Shown here piece after piece: positions 8,604-15,671 of a stretch of 32,000 bases of DNA. The translations under genes and the position numbers were made by a program. Under the pieces are notes generated by a model that was not told where the DNA came from, ran no database searches, and saw only the letters and a list, made by a program, of their open reading frames with translations. Origin of the DNA: Patescibacteria group bacterium. Its GTDB lineage: Bacteria > Patescibacteriota > Patescibacteriia > 2-01-FULL-39-33. Location: NCBI GenBank assembly GCA_041649575.1, contig JBAZMW010000005.1, positions 60,001-92,000 on the forward strand, read 5' to 3'. Positions within the stretch are counted from its first letter, which is position 1. The number at the start of each line of letters is the position of its first letter.

Positions 8604-8680
8604 GGGCATGTAGCTCAGTTGGCCAGAGCGCAGGGTTGTGGCCCCTGAGGTCGTGGGTTCGAGCCCCATCGTGCCCCCCA
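8604..8680 (+). tRNA. tRNA-His (anticodon GTG), CCA encoded, no encoded G-1
   Basis: Hand-folded cloverleaf. Acceptor GGGCATG/CGTGCCC. D stem GCTC/GAGC. Anticodon stem CAGGG/CCCTG with loop TTGTGGC. Variable loop AGGTC. T stem GTGGG/CCCAT with loop TTCGAGC. C73 followed by CCA. Confidence 0.85.
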
Positions 8681-8693
8681 GGCAATCCTAGGT

Positions 8694-8732
8694 CGTTTCC
8701 GAAGTTTCAGGAAACGGCCTTTCTTTTTTTTT
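8694..8732 (+). terminator. intrinsic terminator after hisS-tRNA-His
   Basis: CGTTTCC (8694-8700) / GGAAACG (8710-8716), followed by CCTTTCTTTTTTTTT. Confidence 0.7.
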
Positions 8733-8742
8733 GTTTTTAAAT

Positions 8743-8766
8743 CACCGCTCCTAGCTAGGAGCGGTG
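8743..8766. terminator. perfect 24-nt palindrome between convergent tRNA-His and thrS, likely a (second/bidirectional) terminator
   Basis: CACCGCTCCTAG|CTAGGAGCGGTG. There is a T-rich run on the plus side; the U-run for the minus strand is poorer. Confidence 0.4.
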
Positions 8767-8779
8767 GTTGGCTTTTATT

Positions 8780-10534
8780 TTATTTTTTTTCTTTGATTTC
8801 CATTTCTATCTCTTCGATAAACTGGGCCACTTTTTTGCTACCTAGGTCGCCCTCACCACGTTTTCTAATAGCCACGGCGGCGGCGGATTCTTCTTTCTCT
8901 CCAACCACTAAAATGTAAGGCACCTTTTCTTTCTCCGCGTTTCTGATTCTTTTGCCCAGACTCTCGTCGCTGTTGTCCAATTCGACGCGGACATTTTTTT
9001 TGAATAATTGGTCTCTAACTTTTTGGCCATAATTGTTGAATTTTTCGGAGACGGGGATAATAACTGCTTGCACCGGAGCCAGCCAGGTCGGGAAAGCTCC
9101 TGCATAGCGTTCGATCAAAAAGGCCATGGTGCGCTCCAGGCAGCCGATAGAAGAACGGTGGATGACGATGGGCCGCTCATTTTTCCCTTCTTTGTTGGTG
9201 AAAGTTAGGTCGAAGCGTTCCGGCATAACAAAGTCATATTGGACAGTAAAGGCAGTTTCTTCTTTGCCGCCGGTTCTTTTCATTTGGATATCGATTTTCG
9301 GGCCATAGAAAGCGGCTTCGTTGGCGGCCTCATAGAACGGAGCCTTAACTTCTATCAGAACCTCGCGCAAAACATTTTCGGCAAAATCCCAGGCATCGTC
9401 GTCTTTATAATATTTTTTGGTGTCCGAACGGTCGCCCAGAGACAGACGATAGCGATAGTCCACGCCCTTTTCCAGGCCCAGCGTCCCATTGATAAAATCA
9501 ATAAGGTCGAGAACTTCCTTGATGACTTGTTTGGCCTGGTCTTTGGCAGCGATGATGTGGGCGTCGGCCAAGCAAAACATGCGGACACGGGTCAGACCGG
9601 ACAATTCGCCGCTTTTCTCGTAGCGATATTGATGAGCGATTTCGCCGATGCGGTAAGGCAGCTCGCGGTAGCTGTGCTTTTCGGATTTATAAAACATGAA
9701 ATGATGCGGGCAGGTCATGGGCTTGAGGATCAATTCTTCCTCATCGATTTTCATCACCGGATACATGGTGTCTTTGTAGTAAGGATAGTGGCCGGATTTT
9801 TTGTAGAGATCGACTTTGGCCAAATCGGGAGTGACCACATGGTGATAACCGCGTTTTAATTCTTCGTCTATAGTAAAGCGCTCAAGCTCTCTTTTGATGG
9901 TGGCGCCTTTGGGGCCGAAAGTCGGCAGGCCTTTGCCAACAAGCTCGGAAAAGACGAAGAGCTTTAAATCTTGGCCGATAACTCGGTGGTCTCTTTTTTT
10001 GGCTTCTTCTTGCAGTTTTAAATATTCGTCCAATTCTTTTTGGGTGGCAAAAGCAGCGCCATAAATCCGCTGGAGCATTTTATTTTTCTCATTGCCTCGC
10101 CAATAAGCGCCAGCGACAGATAATAGCTTGAAAATCTTAACTTCGCCGGTGGACTTCAAATGGGGACCACGGCACATATTGGAGAAGTCGCCTTGCTCAT
10201 AGAAACCAACTTCTTTCTCATCCGCTTGTTTCAGTTCTTTAGCCAACTCCGCAGTGTAGGTGTATTTTTTGCTTTTTAGAAGTTTGATCGCCTCATCAAT
10301 CGGCAACAGCTTTTTTTCAATTTTTAAATCTTCTTTGACAATTTTTTTCATTTCAGCCTCGATGTCGGCCAGGTCGTCTTCGGTCACTTGATTTTGGGCT
10401 TCAAAATCATGATAAAAGCCGTTTTCAATGGCCGGGCCGACACCGGGAACGGCGCCATAAAGTCGTTCAAGCGCCTGCATCATGATGTGTGCCGCGCTGT
10501 GATTGAGGATTTCTTGCTGGTCTTGGTTATTCAT
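8780..10534 (-). CDS. thrS: threonine--tRNA ligase lacking the N-terminal TGS domain
   Basis: 584 aa. It starts directly at the editing-domain HxxxH region (NHSAAHIMMQA). Further matches: CRGPH, GAYWRG..NKMLQRIYG, class II catalytic core, anticodon-binding domain. Confidence 0.9.
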   Translation of the reverse strand: MNNQDQQEILNHSAAHIMMQALERLYGAVPGVGPAIENGFYHDFEAQNQVTEDDLADIEAEMKKIVKEDLKIEKKLLPIDEAIKLLKSKKYTYTAELAKELKQADEKEVGFYEQGDFSNMCRGPHLKSTGEVKIFKLLSVAGAYWRGNEKNKMLQRIYGAAFATQKELDEYLKLQEEAKKRDHRVIGQDLKLFVFSELVGKGLPTFGPKGATIKRELERFTIDEELKRGYHHVVTPDLAKVDLYKKSGHYPYYKDTMYPVMKIDEEELILKPMTCPHHFMFYKSEKHSYRELPYRIGEIAHQYRYEKSGELSGLTRVRMFCLADAHIIAAKDQAKQVIKEVLDLIDFINGTLGLEKGVDYRYRLSLGDRSDTKKYYKDDDAWDFAENVLREVLIEVKAPFYEAANEAAFYGPKIDIQMKRTGGKEETAFTVQYDFVMPERFDLTFTNKEGKNERPIVIHRSSIGCLERTMAFLIERYAGAFPTWLAPVQAVIIPVSEKFNNYGQKVRDQLFKKNVRVELDNSDESLGKRIRNAEKEKVPYILVVGEKEESAAAVAIRKRGEGDLGSKKVAQFIEEIEMEIKEKK

Positions 10535-10621
10535 ATATTTTGTATTAATTTTAGAGTTTTTTTATGAATTGGTCAAATATTATAATTGTCAGAAAAGAAA
10601 AGCCTTGTTAAGATAATTATT

Positions 10622-10722
10622 GCTCGTTACGGAGCGCACTCTGCACGCTTGAGTCGAGTATGGCAGCGTCTACTCTGGCAGCGCGCACCAAGGGATGGGG
10701 TTTTCGATGAGAGAATCCCATC
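10622..10722 (+). repeat. unit 0 of the hairpin-terminated ~100-nt repeat family, upstream of the island's first promoter
   Basis: GC-rich segment ending ...CACCAA|GGGATGGGGTTTTC-GATGA-GAGAATCCCATC (hairpin 10692-10722, 12-bp stem). It has the same CAA|GGG junction and GATGGG/CCCATC stem type as H20. Confidence 0.6.
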
Positions 10723-10770
10723 ATTATTTTTGTTTAAATTTAGATATTTAAAAATTTTTAATTTTTAGTA

Positions 10771-10799
10771 TTGACAAAAATATTAATATATGTTAGGAT
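10771..10799 (+). promoter_or_regulatory. sigma70-like promoter P1 of the island (drives the 226-aa gene)
   Basis: TTGACA (10771-10776), 17-nt spacer, TAGGAT (10794-10799), then ATGGGGTCA. It is near-parallel to P2 at 13747. Confidence 0.5.
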
Positions 10800-10928
10800 A
10801 TGGGGTCAATGACGCGTCGTCATCTGACGGGACAGGCAACTGTGTTGTCCTGGCCAAAGCGAGGGCGGTTTGAGTCATTGAGGCTTAAATCGCAAGTGAG
10901 TATTTCAACAAGGTAGGAGTAACTAGTC

Positions 10929-11609
10929 ATGGCGAAAGTCAAGCCGGAAGTCGAGCCGGAAGTCAAGTCGGGAGAATCGAAATCGAAGGTAGTGAGAGTG
11001 AAAGTGGAGGGGGTTTACCCAATCCTCATGAATCCCATGACCGAGGCCACGCTCGACAGCTTGATCACGGGCAATCGCCTGCCGCCGACCAAGGATTTGG
11101 CGTTCGAGGAGGTCGCGAGCAGGAAGATTTACCGTGAAGGCGGCGAGCCCGATGGCGCTATCGGTATTCCCGTGGAGAATCTGTGCTCCTGTCTGGTGCG
11201 GGCGGGACGCGAAGTCAAGAATGGCAAGAAGCAGATCAGCACGGCGGAAAGCACCACGCTGTTCTCATTTCTCTCCATTCGCGGCGAGTTCCTGCCGTTC
11301 ACCAACGATCTGACCCGGCACGGCGACGGCAAGGGTTGGGTTGTCGACAAACGTCGCGGTTGCCTGCACGACAAGGGCAAATCCACGGCGGTCGGCATCC
11401 TGCGGCCGAAATTCCCCGTCTGGGCATTCGAGTTCGTCATGGACCTCGACTTGACCGAGATCGACGAGGGCGTCGTGCGGAAGCTTGTCGAGGTCGCGGG
11501 CAAGAAAGTCGGCCTGGGCGATTTCCGGCCCACCTGCAAGGGGCCGTTCGGTCGGTTCCAGGTCGTGAGCTGGGAAGAGGCCAAGAAAGAAGTTCCGGCC
11601 GCGGCCTAG
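10929..11609 (+). CDS. hypothetical 226-aa protein with a C-terminal glycine-rich loop reminiscent of RAMP (Cas5/Cas6/Cas7-like) proteins
   Basis: RBS AGGTAGGAG lies 9 nt upstream of the ATG. K/E-rich N-terminal tail. IGIPVENLCSCLVRAGREV resembles the RAMP IPGSSLKGALR-type segment. VGLGDFRPTCKGPFGRFQVV lies ~25 aa from the C-terminus. The coding call is confident; the fold assignment is speculative. Confidence 0.75.
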   Translation: MAKVKPEVEPEVKSGESKSKVVRVKVEGVYPILMNPMTEATLDSLITGNRLPPTKDLAFEEVASRKIYREGGEPDGAIGIPVENLCSCLVRAGREVKNGKKQISTAESTTLFSFLSIRGEFLPFTNDLTRHGDGKGWVVDKRRGCLHDKGKSTAVGILRPKFPVWAFEFVMDLDLTEIDEGVVRKLVEVAGKKVGLGDFRPTCKGPFGRFQVVSWEEAKKEVPAAA

Positions 11610-11832
11610 CTCCGGTGTACATCATGTAACACGGCTACCCTGTCACGTGGGGTTTTCCAACCTCGTGCCAGGCACGCCGCACCATGGGGCGGGAGAGCAG
11701 CAATGTTCTCCCGCCAGCACTTATACATTATTATCAATGCGTGCCGATGCCACCAAAGGCACGGCTTGGTCCGGTGGCGTCCGCTGCTGCAATGAGCTGC
11801 ATGGGGTGGGAGTTCGCAAGAATTCCCGCCAA

Positions 11833-13553
11833 CTAATCAATGCGTGTTATAATGAAAATAATAAATATTGATTAGTACATTCTTCTGCGTGTGGTGTTGT
11901 TTCGCTCGGTTGCGTAGAGCGTCGCATCGCATGGTCGACCTCACCACGGGGCGAGGGTTCATCGCAATCCTCGCCGACTAATCAGTGATTATTACGGTTT
12001 AATAATTAGTGATCAGTTCTTTTTCACAGTCCTTGGTGCGGCTAAGCTCCGCTCCGCGCAGTCCGCTCTGCTGTTGTTTGCCAGGGGGCGGGAGAGCAGA
12101 GATGTTCTCCCGCCAGAGTGTATCACCCATTTTCCCAACTGGCCAAGGCGTGGCCCGGCGGTGTGGGCAATGGTTCGGCTCGGGGCGGGAGTCCATCGCG
12201 ACTCCCGCCAGCTAATCAATGGTTGTTAAAAAATTTAGTAATTATTGATTAGTTCGTTTATAAATCATGATGTGGCTGGCCGTCGCATGTCTTAGTTGCG
12301 TATCGTGTAGCCGCGCTTTCCCTGGGGCGAGGATTGAAATACATCCTCGCCAGCTAATCAATGTCCATTAATTAATTAGTGGTTATTGATTAGTACCTTT
12401 TCACTTTGACTCAGCTAGCCGCCGTAGCGCGGAGTAAGCTGCAGTGGGGCTCACCCCAGCTATGTTGAGCTCGCCATGGGGCGGGGATGGGAAACTGTCT
12501 CCGCCAAAACTACTATCACCGTGTCGTTGGGTCGGCTTCGGCTACCTTTGATCCGGCGAACCGGCGCAGAGCGTGGGGCGGGGATTGTAACAAATCCCCG
12601 CCAACTAATCAGTGTGTATTATGCAAATAGTAAATATCGATTAGCTCTTTCTGGTCCTAGCATTCTTGGCCGCCGTGGTGTGAGGCACTGCAAGACGGAG
12701 CGGAGCTGCGCACGGGGCGGGAGGTAGCAATACTCTCCCGCCAATATCTACCAAACACTTCTCAATGGCAGGGCTTTCCGGCGCGTAGTTCAGCCCCGCC
12801 AGGCGAAGCGTTCTGTTGCAAGGGGCGGGGGTTCAGTGATGTTCTCCCGCCGTACCTTTTGCTTTTTAGGCCGCCCAGAGCAGTCAGCGGTAGAGCCTGG
12901 TCCTCTGTGGCAGTCCATGGGCGGGAGTCCTCACCCGGCTCCCGCAACTATTTATTGGCGTTTGTTCCTCGGCGGAGCTACGCAGCCTGCCGCATAGTTC
13001 GGCCAGGTGTAGCGACGCACTCCCTGGGGCGGAGGTCGGTAGTCATGATCTCCGCCGACTAATCAGTGTTCATAATAATTTGTGATTAATGATTAGTTCA
13101 TTTGTTAGACGGTTATGCTCAGGCGCAGTTCCGCGGAGCAGAGTATAGCTCGGCAGACACCGGCGTACTTGTCCATGGGGCGGAGACGGGAAACTGTTTC
13201 CGCCGAGCGATCAACCAGCTTCGGCTGTCAGAAAAGGATAATCGGTATGACTGGTGGTATGGGCATGCACAAACATGGCACGAGCGGTCATGTGCATAAT
13301 GACCAGCATTTCACTGGCAAGAAGGGCGGCAAGCGTGCTGAGCGGAAAGGAAAGACGCACAAACAGCGTCGCCTGAACCGCGGGACGCACAAGAACAGGT
13401 TCAAGGAAGACTAGCTGACATTAGGCCATGGTGCCGCGGAGCAAACATCTCTCCGGCATTGCGGGCTGTGGCGCGGGGCGGAAATCGGCAACGGTTTCCG
13501 CCATTAATCAATGTTTATTAAGAATTTAGTAATTATTGATTAGTTTTAGTTCT
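11833..13553. repeat. seven AT-rich palindromic modules (CTAATCARTG-N20-30-ATTGATTAG), each 1-2 nt after a GC hairpin
   Basis: M1 11833-11875, M2 11978-12016 (degenerate right arm TAGTGATCAG), M3 12212-12252, M4 12354-12393, M5 12605-12644, M6 13059-13096, M7 13504-13553. The loops contain TATAAT-like hexamers. Each module is followed by a T-rich stretch on the plus strand. Confidence 0.7.
13247..13414 (+). CDS. candidate 55-aa highly basic His/Lys/Arg-rich small protein inside the array
   Basis: ATG at 13247 is preceded by AAAGGA. Product: MTGGMGMHKHGTSGHVHNDQHFTGKKGGKRAERKGKTHKQRRLNRGTHKNRFKED*. It fills the single ~270-nt gap in the otherwise ~100-nt periodic array. No homology check was possible. 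Confidence 0.3.
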   Translation: MTGGMGMHKHGTSGHVHNDQHFTGKKGGKRAERKGKTHKQRRLNRGTHKNRFKED

Positions 13554-13746
13554 TTCGGCAAAGCTGAGTAAAGCTGCCTGTTGTCCGCCGACGCACGGGG
13601 CGGGAGTTCGCAAGAATTCCCGCCAAGCACATCTCATCTTTGGCGGCATCGTTGGGCGCAGTATGGCTCGGCATGCTTTGCCAGAGTGCGGCGCGGAACG
13701 GAGATCGGTAACGGTCTCCGTTATTATATTTTTAATAAATTTATTG

Positions 13747-13775
13747 TTGACAATTTTAATATTTTTTGTTAATAT
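13747..13775 (+). promoter_or_regulatory. sigma70-like promoter P2 of the island (drives the helicase)
   Basis: TTGACA (13747-13752), 17-nt spacer, TAATAT (13770-13775), then ATGGTGTCA. Confidence 0.5.
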
Positions 13776-13883
13776 ATGGTGTCAGGCCAAAATCAATAAC
13801 AAGCAGTTCTTTGACACTTTGGCCTGTGAGAATATAGGAAATTGAAGAAGCGAAGTAAAACCAGGCGAGAAGGAAGACAAATC

Positions 13884-15671
13884 ATGAAACATCCGAAACA
13901 TCTGGACCTTTGGAGTTGTTTCCCGCATGACTGTTATCCAAATATCTTGGATAATCAGAGGGACGCTCTCCGGGTCATCGAGCAGGAAGGCGGTTGCGCT
14001 CTATTGCAACTGCCGACCGGCTCAGGCAAGACAGCAGTGGGGTACGCTTTTCTCAAGGCCGTCTTGAAGAGGGCTGAGGGGCCGGTGTACTATGTCGTTC
14101 CCACCAAGACGCTGGTGGAGCAGGTCAGAAGGCTCCACCCCGACGTCAAGATCATATTTGGTCGAAACGAATACTCATGTCTGTTCTACCCCGATCAGGA
14201 GCTGAAGGCCGACGAAGTGCCTTGCTCGATGCTGCACGATTGCCCGCATCGCGTGGACCAGGAAACTGGCCAGACCGCTGTGCCCGGCGTCAAGCCCTGT
14301 CCTTATTTGCAGAAGAAGTGGGAGGCGAGCCAAGGCGGTATCGTGGTTTGCACTACGGCGTTCTTTCTCTTCACCCACTTGTTCGCCAGCGAAGACGCCA
14401 AGCCGGCAGCGCTGGTGATCGACGAAGCCCATGGCATTGCTCATACGGTTCGCGGTTGTCTCTCCTACGAGATTACCGACTACCATCTTGGGCGGGCGGT
14501 GGAGCTACTACGGCCAGTGGACAACGAACAGGCCGAGCGACTTGACGCTTTCTTGCGGACGATGGTTCGTATCATCAAGAAGAAGGCGTCTGGCGAGCGG
14601 CAGATCATCGAGGATGAGGAGGTCGCCAAGCTGCTGGATAAGCTCAAGCAGATCAACATCACGCGACTGGGAGAAAAGGTGCGCCAGGCGATTAGGCAGG
14701 GAGTAATCGACGCCAAAGCGGAACGCGAAACCCTGCGTCGGCTGGAGATTGTCTTACGCGACTTGTCGCATTATGCCCGATCGCTCGAATACTCCCGGCC
14801 TAACGAGAAGCGTAACGCCCTCAACTACACCTATGCGTTTTGGAGCCAGGAGCGCGCCGAAGGCGAGCGGGTGAAGTACCGTCTGTTCATCAAGTGCTAC
14901 TATGTGGCGCCGCTCATACGGCGGATGTTGCCGGAGATGACTGTGGCTTACTCGGCGACCATCGGCGATCCCGAAGTGTTCGGTTTCGAGACTGGCATTG
15001 AGGCGCCGTTTCACAGCTTCGGTTCGGACTTCCCGGTTGGCAAAACGCAGATTTTTGTGCCGACCGATACGCCGAATTTGGCCGTCAACGTTCGTGGTCG
15101 TCAGGATCGCACCAGGGCGCTAAGGAGGATCGCCAAGGCCTGCCGCCGTTTTGCCGATCAAGGCAGGCGGTCGCTGGTGGTGGTGATCTCCAACGAGGAA
15201 CGCGCTAAGTTCCTGACGCTCGCCGGCGAGGAAGGCGTCGCAGCCGTCAGCTACGGTAATGGCGTCAAGCCAAAAGACGCGGCCCTGAAGTTCAAGGAGG
15301 GTGAGGGTGATGTCTTGGTTGGCACAGCGGCCAATTACGGAGAGGGCTTTGACTTACCCAAGGGCATCGCTCCGGTCATCTTCTTTCTCCGGCCAGGATT
15401 TCCGCATCCGCACGATCCGGCGACAGTGTTTGAGGAGAGGCGATTCGGCGGCATGCGTTGGCGGATCTGGAATTGGCGTGTGATGATGGAGGCCTTGCAG
15501 GTGCGGGGTCGCAACATCAGAAGCGCCGAGGATGTGGGCGTCTGCTTCTTCATTTCCCAGCAGTTCCGGCGGTTCGTTTTCGCCGCCCTGCCCGACTGGT
15601 TGCAGCCGGCGTATTGTGGCGATAAGGACTGGGAGGAGTGCCTTGAAGAGGCGGAGCGATTGCTTTCCTAG
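13884..15671 (+). CDS. XPD/DinG/Rad3-family superfamily 2 DNA helicase with a 4-Cys (Fe-S) insertion
   Basis: ATG at 13884 follows GAGAAGGAAG; the track start at 13842 is TTG. Motif I LPTGSGKT. Four Cys between motifs I and II (YSCLF, VPCSM, HDCPH, KPCPY). Motif II VIDEAHGI (DEAH). Also SATIG, motif V GTAANYGEGFDLP and motif VI QVRGRNIRSAEDVG. Confidence 0.85.
   Translation: MKHPKHLDLWSCFPHDCYPNILDNQRDALRVIEQEGGCALLQLPTGSGKTAVGYAFLKAVLKRAEGPVYYVVPTKTLVEQVRRLHPDVKIIFGRNEYSCLFYPDQELKADEVPCSMLHDCPHRVDQETGQTAVPGVKPCPYLQKKWEASQGGIVVCTTAFFLFTHLFASEDAKPAALVIDEAHGIAHTVRGCLSYEITDYHLGRAVELLRPVDNEQAERLDAFLRTMVRIIKKKASGERQIIEDEEVAKLLDKLKQINITRLGEKVRQAIRQGVIDAKAERETLRRLEIVLRDLSHYARSLEYSRPNEKRNALNYTYAFWSQERAEGERVKYRLFIKCYYVAPLIRRMLPEMTVAYSATIGDPEVFGFETGIEAPFHSFGSDFPVGKTQIFVPTDTPNLAVNVRGRQDRTRALRRIAKACRRFADQGRRSLVVVISNEERAKFLTLAGEEGVAAVSYGNGVKPKDAALKFKEGEGDVLVGTAANYGEGFDLPKGIAPVIFFLRPGFPHPHDPATVFEERRFGGMRWRIWNWRVMMEALQVRGRNIRSAEDVGVCFFISQQFRRFVFAALPDWLQPAYCGDKDWEECLEEAERLLS

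Larger units (their letters stand above)
11640..13722 (+). repeat. array block A: 16 co-oriented diverged units, each ending in a 27-31-nt GC hairpin (consensus GG-GGCGGRRR-loop-YYYCCGCC); candidate ncRNA array, not a canonical CRISPR
   Basis: Hairpin coordinates: H1 11686-11715, H2 11803-11830, H3 11948-11975, H4 12085-12114, H5 12182-12209, H6 12324-12351, H7 12478-12505, H8 12575-12602, H9 12714-12742, H10 12822-12851, H11 12919-12945, H12 13026-13056, H13 13177-13204, H14 13475-13502, H15 13597-13624, H16 13695-13722. The start-to-start period is 97-117 nt without a module and 122-154 nt with one. Confidence 0.8.

Noticed and set aside
10535-10621. T-box or other long regulatory leaders upstream of thrS, hisS, argS and ileS
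   Set aside because: The distances between the predicted promoters and the start codons are only about 15-70 nt. That is too short for a T-box (specifier hairpin plus antiterminator), and I saw no T-box consensus sequence.
11803-11830. tRNA-like T-arm/minihelix interpretation of the hairpins (several loops begin GTTCG/GTTCA)
   Set aside because: The stems are 7-12 bp rather than 5 bp. The loops are 8-15 nt and variable. There is no D-arm, anticodon arm or CCA context. The GTTC resemblance is present in only a minority of copies.
11647-13062. Six-frame ORFs inside the array (11647-11871, 11999-12196, 12009-12215, 12013-12219, 12476-12727, 12762-12947, 12859-13062)
   Set aside because: They run through hairpins and AT-rich modules, have no RBS, overlap each other on both strands, and are Arg/Gly/Pro-rich. 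That is expected for random frames in GC-rich non-coding DNA.
11640-13722. Canonical CRISPR array (hairpin repeats of 27-31 nt, regular spacing, adjacent RAMP-like and DinG-like genes)
   Set aside because: The repeats are far too divergent (loops unconserved, stems changed by compensatory substitutions). The 'spacers' are 62-112 nt and homologous to each other. AT-rich modules interrupt the array. No cas1/cas2 or leader-proximal identical repeats are present. It is better described as a diverged tandem family of structured units, so it is reported as a repeat / candidate ncRNA array.
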